Assembly (NCBI GenBank): GCA_946629175.1
Contig: CAMOXN010000001.1
Coordinates: forward strand, 2,192-66,191
DNA: 64,000 nucleotides
Direction: 5' to 3'
Source of the DNA: an uncultured Lachnospiraceae bacterium
GTDB taxonomy: Bacteria > Bacillota > Clostridia > Lachnospirales > Lachnospiraceae
The translations under genes were made by a program, and so were the position numbers. The notes under the pieces were generated by a model. It searched no databases. It worked only from the letters and a program-made list of their open reading frames with translations, and had not been told where the DNA came from. This document shows, piece by piece, positions 27,774-37,759 of this stretch. Within the stretch, counting starts at the first letter, position 1; each line of letters starts with the position of its first letter.

Positions 27774-29159
27774 ATGGATATGATGAAGAAAGTCCCGGTA
27801 AGGGAACAGGATCCGCTGGTCAGGGCCACGAACTTCAAAGAGGTGTGCCTTGGATATAATAAACAAGAGGCGGAAGCGGAAGCGCAGCGCTGCCTGAACT
27901 GCAAGAATCCCAAATGTGTACAGGGATGTCCGGTCAACATCGATATTCCCGGATTTATCACGAAGGTGAAAGAGGGAGACGTGAAGGGCGCGTACGACGT
28001 GATCGGTCTCTCCTCCTCTCTTCCCGCGATCTGCGGCCGTGTCTGCCCGCAGGAGACACAGTGCGAGGGCAGATGTGTCAGGGGCATCAAGGGAGAACCG
28101 GTCTCCATCGGCAAGCTCGAGAGATACGTGGCGGATACAGCGCGTGAAATGGGCATCAAGCCCCAGAGCGCGGAAAAGAAGAACGGCCATAAGGTCGCAG
28201 TGATCGGCTCCGGCCCCGCAGGCCTTACCTGCGCCGGCGATCTTGCCAAGATGGGCTACGACGTGACGATCTTCGAGGCGCTCCACAAGGCGGGCGGCGT
28301 GCTTGTATACGGTATCCCCGAATTCCGTCTTCCCAAGGACGCTGTCGTAGAGAAGGAGATCGAGAACGTCAGATCCCTCGGCGTCAAAATAGAGACAGAC
28401 TGCGTGGTCGGCAAATCCGCAGCGATCGATGACCTCATGAAGAACGAGGGCTATGAAGCTGTATTTATCGGCACCGGCGCGGGCCTTCCCAAGTTCATGG
28501 GAATCCCCGGCGAGCAGGCCATGGGTGTTTTCTCCGCCAACGAGTACCTGACGCGCAGCAACCTCATGAAGGCGTTCAGCGATGATTCCAGGACACCGAT
28601 CATGAAAGCGAAGAAAGCAGTCATCGTCGGAGGCGGCAATGTCGCGATGGATGCCGCGAGAACAGCGCTGCGTCTTGGCGCTGAAACGCATATCGTTTAC
28701 AGAAGGAGCGAGGAAGAACTGCCCGCAAGGCGCGAGGAAGTCCTTCACGCCAAGGAAGAGGGCATCGTCTTCAATCTTTTGACCAACCCCGTTGAGATCC
28801 ACGCGGATGAGAACGGCTGGGTCAAGGGCATCACCTGCCTGAGAATGGAACTCGGAGAACCGGACGCGTCCGGAAGGCGCAGACCTGTGGAAGTCCCCGG
28901 CTCCGAATTCTACATCGAGTGCGACGCCGTGATCATGTCGCTGGGAACTTCCCCCAACCCGCTGATTTCTTCGACGACGGAAGGGCTTGACGCGGACCGC
29001 AGGGGCTGCATCGTCGCGGACGAGGAGAAGGGACAGACTTCCAAGGAAGGCGTGTTCGCGGGCGGAGATGCCGTGACAGGCGCCGCGACCGTGATCCTTG
29101 CCATGGGAGCCGGCAAAGCAGGCGCAAAGGGTATTGACGAATACATCCAAGGCAAGTAA
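27774..29159 (+). CDS. nfnB: Electron-bifurcating transhydrogenase large subunit (NfnB; GltD-like)
   Basis: RCLNCKNPKCVQGCP, CGRVCPQETQCE, GSGPAG, YGIPEFRL, GGGNVAMD, GGDAVTG; follows nfnA and there is no gltB large subunit in the window. Confidence 0.88.
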   Translation: MDMMKKVPVREQDPLVRATNFKEVCLGYNKQEAEAEAQRCLNCKNPKCVQGCPVNIDIPGFITKVKEGDVKGAYDVIGLSSSLPAICGRVCPQETQCEGRCVRGIKGEPVSIGKLERYVADTAREMGIKPQSAEKKNGHKVAVIGSGPAGLTCAGDLAKMGYDVTIFEALHKAGGVLVYGIPEFRLPKDAVVEKEIENVRSLGVKIETDCVVGKSAAIDDLMKNEGYEAVFIGTGAGLPKFMGIPGEQAMGVFSANEYLTRSNLMKAFSDDSRTPIMKAKKAVIVGGGNVAMDAARTALRLGAETHIVYRRSEEELPARREEVLHAKEEGIVFNLLTNPVEIHADENGWVKGITCLRMELGEPDASGRRRPVEVPGSEFYIECDAVIMSLGTSPNPLISSTTEGLDADRRGCIVADEEKGQTSKEGVFAGGDAVTGAATVILAMGAGKAGAKGIDEYIQGK

Positions 29160-29191
29160 ATTGTATTTGTGAATCAGTTTCGGTAATTCTG

Positions 29192-29230
29192 AGAGCGTGC
29201 ACCGCGCTGAGACGCGGGGCGCGCTCTTTT
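29192..29230 (+). terminator. Intrinsic terminator after nfnB
   Basis: GAGAGCGTGC...GCGCGCTCTTTT hairpin with T-run. Confidence 0.6.
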
Positions 29231-29237
29231 GTGACAG

Positions 29238-29304
29238 ATGTGACAGGGGGCAGTTTCCCTGTCATATCGCGAAAATCGTGACAGAGGAACAGTTCCCCGG
29301 TCAC
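29238..29304. repeat. Pair of short REP-like palindromes
   Basis: ATGTGACAGGGG-GCAGTT-TCCCTGTCATAT (29238-29267) and GTGACAGAGGAACAGTTCCCCGGTCAC (29278-29304). Confidence 0.65.
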
Positions 29305-29317
29305 ATAAGAGGAACAT

Positions 29318-30304
29318 ATGACAGAAATTCTGAATTTTGACGCAGATGTGCAGAGAGATATCTTCGGAAGCAAGGACCACCACGTCAGGAAGATCGAAAA
29401 GGACCTGAACGTGAGCGTGATCGCCAGGGACGGCGTGATCAAAGTGACCGGCGAAGACCTGGCAGTCAGGAAAGCGGTAGGCATTCTGGAGAATCTGGCG
29501 GCCCTTTCGAGGACCGGCGGGGAGATCGAGGACCAGAGCGTGGACTACGCCATCGAGATGAAGGACGAGGCGAAGCCCGGGATGCTGGCGGATTTTGACA
29601 AAGATATCATCTGCCATACTGTGGGCGGGAAGCCCGTAAAACCCAAGACATTGGGGCAGAAGAAATATATCGACGCGATCCGCGGCAACCTCATCGTCTT
29701 CGCCAACGGACCTGCCGGGACCGGCAAGACATTCCTCGCGATGGCCATGGCGATCACCGCATTCCAGAACAAGGAAGTGGAGCGGATCATCATGACGAGG
29801 CCGGCCATAGAGGCGGGCGAGAAACTCGGCTTCCTGCCGGGCGACCTGCAGAGCAAAGTCGACCCTTACCTGAGGCCGCTGTACGACGCTCTCTACCAGA
29901 TCATGGGCGCGGAGAACTTCAAGCGAAATATGGAGAACGGCCTCATCGAGGTGGCGCCGCTCGCCTATATGCGCGGACGGACGCTGGACAACGCCTATAT
30001 CATTCTGGACGAGGCGCAGAACACGACGCCGGAGCAGATGAAGATGTTCCTGACGAGATTCGGCTTCGGCTCCCACGCCATTATTACGGGCGACGCGTCC
30101 CAGAAAGACCTGGCGCCGAACACTAGATCGGGTCTGGACGTCGCTATGAAGGTCCTGAAGAACGTGGACGGCATCAGTTTCATTAACCTTACCGCAAGGG
30201 ATGTCGTAAGGCACCCGCTGGTACAGAAGATCGTCAAAGCTTACGAGGATTACGAGAACCATGGTCGTTTTGAACACAGATATCCAAACAAAAGAAAGAT
30301 TTGA
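29318..30304 (+). CDS. phoH: PhoH-family ATPase (YbeZ-like, with N-terminal KH-like domain)
   Basis: GPAGTGKT, RPAIEAGEKLGFLPG, AYMRGRT, DEAQN, VVRHPLV. Confidence 0.95.
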   Translation: MTEILNFDADVQRDIFGSKDHHVRKIEKDLNVSVIARDGVIKVTGEDLAVRKAVGILENLAALSRTGGEIEDQSVDYAIEMKDEAKPGMLADFDKDIICHTVGGKPVKPKTLGQKKYIDAIRGNLIVFANGPAGTGKTFLAMAMAITAFQNKEVERIIMTRPAIEAGEKLGFLPGDLQSKVDPYLRPLYDALYQIMGAENFKRNMENGLIEVAPLAYMRGRTLDNAYIILDEAQNTTPEQMKMFLTRFGFGSHAIITGDASQKDLAPNTRSGLDVAMKVLKNVDGISFINLTARDVVRHPLVQKIVKAYEDYENHGRFEHRYPNKRKI

Positions 30305-30791
30305 CTTCGCTGAATCCGATCTGTCTGGAGCTGAAGCCCTGATCGAGGCGGCAGCGCTCAGAGTCTGCGAGGAGGTCCTGAGGCAGGAGTGGTTCGAGGA
30401 CGACGCTGAGATCTCCCTTCTGATCACGGACGAGGAGGAAGTGCACAGGCTGAATCTCGAGTACAGGGGGATCGACAGGACAACGGATGTCCTCTCTTTT
30501 CCTGCCCTGGAGTTTGAGGTGCCGGCGGATTTCGACGGCGCGGTCGACGACAGCTGCATCGACCCGGACAACGGATGCGTGATGCTCGGCGATATCGTGA
30601 TCAACGCGCGGAAGGTGAAGGAACAGGCGGAGGAATACGGACACAGCGAACTTCGTGAATTCTCCTTCCTCGTGGCGCACAGTATGCTCCATCTGTGCGG
30701 CTATGACCATGAGACGCCTGAAGAGGCGGAAGAGATGGAGGACAGGCAGGAGAGAGCGCTGCAGTCGCTCGGCATAACGAGAGAGAAGTGA
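30261..30791 (+). CDS. ybeY: rRNA maturation factor YbeY
   Basis: TDVLSFP, LGDIVI, HSMLHLCGYDH; overlaps the phoH end. Confidence 0.93.
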   Translation: MVVLNTDIQTKERFDFAESDLSGAEALIEAAALRVCEEVLRQEWFEDDAEISLLITDEEEVHRLNLEYRGIDRTTDVLSFPALEFEVPADFDGAVDDSCIDPDNGCVMLGDIVINARKVKEQAEEYGHSELREFSFLVAHSMLHLCGYDHETPEEAEEMEDRQERALQSLGITREK

Positions 30792-32233
30792 CACGTATGA
30801 GAATGAACTCGGCCGGACCGGCGGAAGCGCCGGGGAGAAATGCCGCTGCCGCGGTCAGAACAGCGACGACCGGGGCTGGAATACCGGACGTGGCAGTGAT
30901 CGGAGCGGGTGCTTCGGGATGCATGGCTGCGGTCAGCGCGGCGATGGAAGGCGCGGAAGTGCTCCTGATCGATGCCAATGACAGGATCTGCAGGAAGATC
31001 TACGCGACCGGCAACGGCCGGTGCAACCTGACCAACCTGCGGCTGTCACAGGATCCCGTACTCGGGGATCTTTACCATGTGGGCGGGGGAGAGGACCTCA
31101 CCGCCTTTTTTTCGCGCTTTTCCGCTGCGGACCATATCGCGTTCTGGGAGTCGAACGGGATCCGCCTGCACGACCGGCAGGGATATGTCTACCCAAGGAC
31201 CGACCAGGCTTCTACGATCGCTGAGGCCTATGAGAAGATCCTGCGCAGGCTGAAAGTCAGGATCGTCCTGAATGAAAGAGTCACCGGTCTTGAGCGGGCG
31301 CGCGGGCGGAAGGACCGCATCGGGCATGCCAGTGATCTTTTCAAAATAGAGACCCATACCGGTGCTGCGTATTACGCAAGAAAAGTCATTCTGGCAGGCG
31401 GGGGCATGGCAGGCCCGCAATACGGCTGCAGCGGCGATATGTATGCTCTTGTCGCGCCGCGGTTCGGCCATACCGTGAGAAAGCCGCTTCCTGCACTGGT
31501 ACAGCTCCTCTCTGACGATAAATCTCTCAAGGCCTCTTCCGGTGTGCGGTGCAGCGCGATGATCACGCTCTATATCGGCGGAGAGCCGGTGTGTTCTGAC
31601 AGCGGAGAGCTGCAGATGACGGAGAAAGGGATCTCAGGGATCCCGGTGTTCCAGCTCAGCGCTTTAGCGGCAAGAGCTTTGGAAGACGGAGAAGGTGTTC
31701 TTGCTGAGCTCGATTTCCTGCCGGAACTTAGTGATAAAGACTGGGAGCAGGAGATGGTACGAAGGCTCAGGGAAGACAGGAACTGCATGCTCAGTGTCTT
31801 TTTCCTCGGCCTTGTGAACAGGAAGATCCTCGATCTGATCTTCAGAAGGCGCGGTCTGCAGGCGGAGAAGAAGGCCTCGGGACTGACCGGTGAAGATCTG
31901 ACCGCTATTATGAGGGACATGCGCGCGTTTCGGGTGAAGATCAACGGAACGGGCACTTTCGCGCAGGCGCAGGTCACTTCGGGAGGGATCCCGCTCTCCG
32001 AGACGGATGCCGATCTGCAGTCGAAGACGGCAGCGGGCCTCTATCTGGCCGGAGAGCTCCTCGACGTGGACGGCCTGTGCGGAGGATACAACCTGCAGTG
32101 GGCCGCGACGAGCGGCCGGATCGCGGGAGAAGGGGCGGCGAAAGCGTGTAAATCGCCAAATAGCGGGGCATACGGAGAAGCGAGAGAAAAAGGAAGCGGG
32201 CAGGATCAGATCAGAAAGAAGAGGCGGAAATGA
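30788..32233 (+). CDS. HI0933/YhiN (BaiN-like) flavoprotein
   Basis: GAGASG, KIYATGNGRCNLTN, AQVTSGG, GELLDVDGLCGGYNLQWA; the exact start is uncertain. Confidence 0.9.
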   Translation: MTRMRMNSAGPAEAPGRNAAAAVRTATTGAGIPDVAVIGAGASGCMAAVSAAMEGAEVLLIDANDRICRKIYATGNGRCNLTNLRLSQDPVLGDLYHVGGGEDLTAFFSRFSAADHIAFWESNGIRLHDRQGYVYPRTDQASTIAEAYEKILRRLKVRIVLNERVTGLERARGRKDRIGHASDLFKIETHTGAAYYARKVILAGGGMAGPQYGCSGDMYALVAPRFGHTVRKPLPALVQLLSDDKSLKASSGVRCSAMITLYIGGEPVCSDSGELQMTEKGISGIPVFQLSALAARALEDGEGVLAELDFLPELSDKDWEQEMVRRLREDRNCMLSVFFLGLVNRKILDLIFRRRGLQAEKKASGLTGEDLTAIMRDMRAFRVKINGTGTFAQAQVTSGGIPLSETDADLQSKTAAGLYLAGELLDVDGLCGGYNLQWAATSGRIAGEGAAKACKSPNSGAYGEAREKGSGQDQIRKKRRK

Positions 32234-34551
32234 TCAGGATAGCGCAGCTAAAGCTCCCCTGCGGCCACAGCAGGGCAGATCTTGAAAAAAGAATACGCAA
32301 GGTGCTAAGGCTGAGAGAGGATCAGCCTCTTACCTATGAGATCAAAAGGCACTCCGTTGATGCCAGAAAGAAGCCTCAGCTGTTCGACATCTACACGATC
32401 GACGCGGACTTGCAGACGGGACAGAAAGCGGAAAAGAAACTGGCCGCAAAGCTCCGCAGCAAAGATATCTCCGCAGTTGTCCCCGAAAGATACTGTTTCC
32501 CGGAAGCAGGAAAGGAGCCTCTGACAAAGCGGCCTGTCGTGATCGGCGCGGGTCCTGCCGGCCTTTTCTGCGCCCTTATGCTGGCGGAGCACGGCTATAT
32601 GCCGATCCTGCTTGAGCGTGGCAAATGCGTGGAAGAGAGGGCGGAGGACATCGAACGCTACTGGGAGACCGGCAAGCTCGATCCAACGTCCAATGTCCAG
32701 TTCGGAGAGGGCGGTGCCGGGACTTTCTCCGACGGCAAACTCAACACGCAGATCAACGACAAGACAGGCAGGAGCGGGGAGGTGCTCCGTATTTTTACAG
32801 AGGCCGGAGCGCCTTTAGACATCCTTTACGAGAGCAGGCCACACATAGGGACAGACAGGCTCAAGGTAGTAATTCCCGCGATCAGGGCGAGGATCCTTGC
32901 CGCGGGGGGAGAAGTCCGCTTTCAAACGACCGTTACAGACCTGGAGATCGCTCAGGGGGAAGTAAAGGCGGTACTCCTTGATGGCGGCGGCAAAATAGAG
33001 ACGGACACCGTCATCCTTGCGCCCGGACACAGTGCGAGGGATACGATGACGGCCCTTTATGAGAAGGGAATTCCCGTTGAACAGAAAGCTTTCGCGATCG
33101 GCCTCCGCGTCTCCCATCCCCAGAGGCTGATCGACCGTGCGCAGTACGGTGTGTGGGAAAAAGAGGAGATGGAAAAGCTGGGCCTGACTGCGGCGAATTA
33201 TAAGCTGACGGCCAGGGCCGCTTCCGGAAGAGGCGTCTATTCCTTCTGCATGTGTCCCGGTGGCTACATCGTGGACGCTTCCTCAGAGCCCGGCAGGATC
33301 GCCGTGAACGGCATGAGCGAGCACGCGAGGAACAGCGGCAGGGCGAACAGCGCTATCGTCTGCACGATCGCGCCGGAGGAATTCGGCGGGGACCATCCCC
33401 TGCAGGGAATGTTCCTGCAGAGGGAGCTGGAAGAAGAAGCGTACAGACTGGGTGCAGGTTCCGTGCCTGTGCAGACATATATCGGTTTGAGAGAGCAGTT
33501 CGAGAGGCGGACAGGGTGTGCTGCGGATAATCAGAACGGGAAGACGTCGGCGGCTGACGCGTATGCTGCTGCTGTGCAGACAGAGCACGAACGGGAAGCG
33601 GATCCAGGAAATTTAGATGCGCGCGCAGGTAACGCAGCTGCTCCGTGCATGAAGGACCTGACCGGTGACCTGTGCATCCGCGGGCGATGGAGAGAGGCGG
33701 ACCTGAGCGGCCTGCTGCCGGAAGCGGTCACAACAGACTTTATAGACGGAATGGAGCAGTTCGAGCGCAAGATCCCCGGCTTTGCGGGCCCTGAAGCGTT
33801 CGTAGCGGGTCTGGAGTCACGCACGTCCTCTCCGGTGCGCATTCCGCGCGGCGATGATCTGCAATCTGCGGTCAGGGGACTGTATCCCTGCGGGGAAGGA
33901 GCCGGCTATGCCGGCGGCATCATGTCTGCCGCGATGGACGGGATCAGGGTGGCGGAGGCAGTCCGAAAGCGTTTTGCCGAACCCGAACTGAAGCAGGTGA
34001 AGAAGTGGCTTCGAAAGGAAGCCGCTGCAATACGCGACAGCATTCCCGAACAGGAACGCGCAGCGCAGAGTGAGAAGATCTTCAGGAGAGTTACAGAGCT
34101 CGAAGAGTATCATAATTCAGATGCGATCCTCTGTTACTACAGCATCGGAAGCGAGGCGGATACACATCCGTTCCTGGACAGTGCGGTGCGTGACGGAAAG
34201 CGTGTCTACATTCCCAGAGTCCTCTCCAAGGAAGAAATGCGCTTCTACCTCTATGAACCGGAGAAACTGGCTGTGAGCAGGTTCGGGATCCCTGAACCCA
34301 CGGAAGATCCGGAGAAAGAATTCGTCTTCGAGAAGGAGATCCCGGAAAAGTGCCTTGTCGTGATGCCTGGTCTGTCTTTTGACAAAGCCGGGGGACGGCT
34401 CGGTTACGGCGGCGGCTATTACGACAGGTTCCTGGCCGAAAGACCGGGCATGCATACCTGCGCAGTGGCTTTTGGTGCCCAGATCCGGGGGCATGTCCCG
34501 ATGGATCCTCTTGATGTGAAGCCGCAGAGAGTGATCACGGCTGATCAATAA
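32230..34551 (+). CDS. Fusion: COG2509-type FAD-dependent oxidoreductase + 5-formyltetrahydrofolate cyclo-ligase
   Basis: N-terminal about 585 aa: GAGPAG, FGEGGAGTFSDGKL, PHIGTD, SFCMCPGG, GEGAGYAGGIMSAAMDG. C-terminal about 185 aa: KKWLRK, FGIPEP, VMPGLSFD..GGRLGYGGGYYDRFL. Confidence 0.88.
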   Translation: MIRIAQLKLPCGHSRADLEKRIRKVLRLREDQPLTYEIKRHSVDARKKPQLFDIYTIDADLQTGQKAEKKLAAKLRSKDISAVVPERYCFPEAGKEPLTKRPVVIGAGPAGLFCALMLAEHGYMPILLERGKCVEERAEDIERYWETGKLDPTSNVQFGEGGAGTFSDGKLNTQINDKTGRSGEVLRIFTEAGAPLDILYESRPHIGTDRLKVVIPAIRARILAAGGEVRFQTTVTDLEIAQGEVKAVLLDGGGKIETDTVILAPGHSARDTMTALYEKGIPVEQKAFAIGLRVSHPQRLIDRAQYGVWEKEEMEKLGLTAANYKLTARAASGRGVYSFCMCPGGYIVDASSEPGRIAVNGMSEHARNSGRANSAIVCTIAPEEFGGDHPLQGMFLQRELEEEAYRLGAGSVPVQTYIGLREQFERRTGCAADNQNGKTSAADAYAAAVQTEHEREADPGNLDARAGNAAAPCMKDLTGDLCIRGRWREADLSGLLPEAVTTDFIDGMEQFERKIPGFAGPEAFVAGLESRTSSPVRIPRGDDLQSAVRGLYPCGEGAGYAGGIMSAAMDGIRVAEAVRKRFAEPELKQVKKWLRKEAAAIRDSIPEQERAAQSEKIFRRVTELEEYHNSDAILCYYSIGSEADTHPFLDSAVRDGKRVYIPRVLSKEEMRFYLYEPEKLAVSRFGIPEPTEDPEKEFVFEKEIPEKCLVVMPGLSFDKAGGRLGYGGGYYDRFLAERPGMHTCAVAFGAQIRGHVPMDPLDVKPQRVITADQ

Positions 34552-34711
34552 GCGATTGCGATTCACGGCCAAATAGGGTATTGTAGAGATAATTTACCGG
34601 TACTTACCATAGGCAGAAGTATTTGTGCCTAAGTAAACGCAGAGCAACGCATGTAATGCGCCTGTAAGCAGGCGGAAATGTCACTATATAAAAAGGAATG
34701 AGGTACCAAAC

Positions 34712-35959
34712 GTGAGTATTGTGGAGAAACTTTGCAGGACTGCGGACGAGATCAGGTTCGACGTGCAGAAACTGAGCACGGAGAAAAAGAATGAGGCGCT
34801 TCTTACAGCGGCGAAAAAGCTGGTCGAGAGACAGGAAGAGATCCTTGCAGCCAACCGCGAAGATATTGCGGCGGGCAGAGCTTCCGGCATGTCTGAAGCG
34901 CTGATCGACAGACTGACGCTGACCGGGAGCAGGATCGAACAGATCGCGGAAGGGCTGCGCCAGGTCGCTGAGCTGCCCGATCCGGTCGGGGAAGTGATGG
35001 ACGAATTCGTACGCCCCAACGGCATGAAGATCCGCAAGGTGCGTGTGCCTATGGGCGTCATCGGTGTGATCTACGAGTCCAGGCCCAATGTCACTGCAGA
35101 TGCTTTCGCACTTTGCTTTAAAGCGGGAAGTGCGGTGATCTTAAAGGGCGGCAGCGACGCGATCCATTCCAATATCGCGATCACGGACGCACTCAGGGAT
35201 TCCCTCGCGGACTGCGGCATCAATCCCGACGCAGTACAGCTCGTTGCGACGACGGACAGGGCGGCGACCAGGGAACTCATGATGATGCGCCAGTATGTGG
35301 ATCTTCTGATCCCCAGAGGAGGCGCCGGCCTCATCCGTGCGGTGGTCGAGAACAGCAGGATTCCGGTCATTGAGACCGGGACCGGTAACTGCCATATCTA
35401 CGTCGACAAGGACGCGGACCTCGAGATGGCTATGAAGATCCTGATCAATGCCAAGACGCAGAGGATCGGTGTCTGCAACGCTGCGGAATCTCTCGTTGTA
35501 CACAAGGATGTTATGGACAAGTTCCTTCCTATGCTTTCTGCGAAGATGCAGGAATACAAGGTACTTCTGAGAGCAGACGAGTCTTCAAGGAAATTCCTTC
35601 CGCTTTCCGAGGCGGCTACAGAAGATGATTTCGGCAGGGAATATCTGGATCTTATCCTCTCTGTCAAGACAGTCGGTTCCGTGGAAGAAGCGATCGAACA
35701 CATCAACCGTTATCACACCGGCCATTCCGACTGCATTGTCACTGAGAACAAAGAGGCGGCGGAGAAGTTCCTGAAAGAGATTGATTCCGCGTGCGTCTAT
35801 GTGAACGTGTCAACGAGGTTCACGGACGGATTCGAGTTCGGCTTCGGTGCCGAGATCGGCATCAGTACGCAGAAGCTCCAGGCCAGAGGGCCGATGGGAC
35901 TTAGGGAGATCACATCCTATAAATATCTTGTCACGGGAGACGGACAGGTCAGAGGGTGA
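34712..35959 (+). CDS. proA: Glutamate-5-semialdehyde dehydrogenase
   Basis: [49 protein letters not shown]; GTG start. Confidence 0.95.
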   Translation: MSIVEKLCRTADEIRFDVQKLSTEKKNEALLTAAKKLVERQEEILAANREDIAAGRASGMSEALIDRLTLTGSRIEQIAEGLRQVAELPDPVGEVMDEFVRPNGMKIRKVRVPMGVIGVIYESRPNVTADAFALCFKAGSAVILKGGSDAIHSNIAITDALRDSLADCGINPDAVQLVATTDRAATRELMMMRQYVDLLIPRGGAGLIRAVVENSRIPVIETGTGNCHIYVDKDADLEMAMKILINAKTQRIGVCNAAESLVVHKDVMDKFLPMLSAKMQEYKVLLRADESSRKFLPLSEAATEDDFGREYLDLILSVKTVGSVEEAIEHINRYHTGHSDCIVTENKEAAEKFLKEIDSACVYVNVSTRFTDGFEFGFGAEIGISTQKLQARGPMGLREITSYKYLVTGDGQVRG

Positions 35960-35987
35960 TGCAGGATCTGAGATAATGAGAAGATTG

Positions 35988-36026
35988 AGCTGTGAGCCGG
36001 GGAAATCCCGGATCACAGCTTTTTTA
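35988..36026 (+). terminator. Intrinsic terminator after proA
   Basis: AGCTGTGAGCCGGG-GAAAT-CCCGGATCACAGCT followed by TTTTT. Confidence 0.7.
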
Positions 36027-36117
36027 GTTGATACCGGTGGGTAAATGGTTGGGATTTGAGGCTGGTTCGGCTGCTGTAATAATAACAAAGCGCACCCCTT
36101 CAGGGAGCGCGCTGTTC

Positions 36118-36393
36118 TCATTCATCCCACCCGTCGAAGAGCCTTACGGTGACACCGATCGTGCGGATATGCTCATTGGCCTTGAGCACTATGTCGTCAA
36201 AGCCGGAGACCGGAGGCAGTTCCAGTGTCTCTTCCAGCTCTGTCTGGATCCAGGCGCGGCACTCCGCGATCGCGTCGTTTATGCACTCGTCGATCGTGTC
36301 GCCCTTTGCGAAGCACATTTCCAGATCCGGGAAGTAGGCAGTGAATTTGCCGTCATCTGTCTTTTGAAAAACAGCGGGATATTGAAAAGTCAT
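36118..36393 (-). CDS. HicB-like antitoxin domain protein (no adjacent hicA)
   Basis: YPAVF...FPDLEMCFAKGDTIDEC...LPPVS; ATG at 36393 after a GAGGTG RBS. Confidence 0.8.
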   Translation of the reverse strand: MTFQYPAVFQKTDDGKFTAYFPDLEMCFAKGDTIDECINDAIAECRAWIQTELEETLELPPVSGFDDIVLKANEHIRTIGVTVRLFDGWDE

Positions 36394-36502
36394 AGATGGC
36401 ACCTCTCTTGAAATAATTCTTATACTACTTTACTTCATTTCAGCCCGGTTTACAAATGCGGAATTCGAAAAAGGAACAGATGGACCCGCAGATACAGGCA
36501 GG

Positions 36503-37501
36503 CTAATCGTCAAAACCCAGTGCTTCTTCCATAAGACTGTAGCAGGTACCCTTCATTTCCCGGCAGGTCTCCTCGTAAGAGGCAATCAGATCGGACCAGG
36601 ATCTGTAGGAGGGATCCTCCCGGTGGTCGGGCAGGTTGAAGTTCTCCGCAAGGAAGTCTCCGATATACCGGGTCATTTTTTTGGAGCCCGTCAGGTTCAG
36701 ATGATCACCGAAGTCATTCGTGTCCTGTTCCCAGTCGATCGAAATCAGATCGCGGTCATAATTGGCGTCGATATAATAAATGCCGAGTTCTTCAGCTAAG
36801 TCAGAAGTCTTGTTGTGTATCGTCATTCTGTGATTGACCGGGGAAGGCGCGCTGTAGAGGACCAGTGCGATCCCCTTTCTGCGGCAGAGCGCGGCGATGC
36901 GCCGCAGCATCAGCTCGTGCAGCCAGTAAATATAGGCCCTGCCTTCGTTGTTCCAATCGTAGTATTCGCCGCCGGTATAGGCATCGTGATCGTCGTTGAC
37001 GAGAAACCCCTTGTAGTAAGTGCGGATGCTGCGCTTCTTCCAATAGTTCCGCCACAGATAATGGAATCTCAGGAACGGGAATCCGGTCTTCAGGGGTTCG
37101 GACACGAGTTCGGAGATATAATTATAATCCTTGAGACGATAGAAGAAGGTATGGTTCTCAAGGAGGACGACCCGGACCGGCTGCTTTTTCAGGGCGGTCA
37201 GTATGGCAAAATATCCCTCGACCGGCGTCTGCATATCCTGCCCGAGATTGTAGGACGTGATACCGTAATCCCTATACAGATCAACGGGGGAAAGGGCGCT
37301 GGTGCTGAGGCTGTCGCCGATGTTAATGACATCGATCTGTCCTTCAGGCTCAAGATCCAGCGCGGCAATTCTCGCGTTGCGGTCATAGATCAGTTTTTTC
37401 CGGAACCAGTATCCGCCGTCAAATACAATGCTGAACACCTGAAGCAGGATCACAAGGATGACTAGGAAACCGGCTGTTCTTAACAGGGTTTTTCGATTCA
37501 T
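36503..37501 (-). CDS. Membrane-anchored SGNH-hydrolase-like (DltD/AlgJ-like) protein
   Basis: N-terminal TM helix; IGDS and D.GDHLN..G motifs. Confidence 0.75.
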   Translation of the reverse strand: MNRKTLLRTAGFLVILVILLQVFSIVFDGGYWFRKKLIYDRNARIAALDLEPEGQIDVINIGDSLSTSALSPVDLYRDYGITSYNLGQDMQTPVEGYFAILTALKKQPVRVVLLENHTFFYRLKDYNYISELVSEPLKTGFPFLRFHYLWRNYWKKRSIRTYYKGFLVNDDHDAYTGGEYYDWNNEGRAYIYWLHELMLRRIAALCRRKGIALVLYSAPSPVNHRMTIHNKTSDLAEELGIYYIDANYDRDLISIDWEQDTNDFGDHLNLTGSKKMTRYIGDFLAENFNLPDHREDPSYRSWSDLIASYEETCREMKGTCYSLMEEALGFDD

Positions 37502-37759
37502 ATCACAACTATCTGTCGTAGATCAGGCACTTATAAGTGCCCTTAGAAACATTGGCCGGCAGCAATGACCGGAGATGTTCGTGCTGATGATTACAAGTAA
37601 CTTTATCACATTCTTATCCGTTCATCAATGCGCCGGCAGCTATCAGGGAGTGATCAGACTCTGTCATGCGCTAATTTGTTTTCCCAATTTTCCAACAAGG
37701 GTTATGAATCGTGGCCGAATATGTTACTATTCTTATAGACATACGGAAAGGAGGACGAT

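Noticed and set aside
27774-29159. Glutamate synthase small subunit (gltD)
   Set aside because: No gltB partner; pairing with the upstream NfnA-like gene fits NfnB better.
37676-37705. Possible CodY box in the divergent promoter region
   Set aside because: Five mismatches to AATTTTCWGAAAATT; too weak to call.
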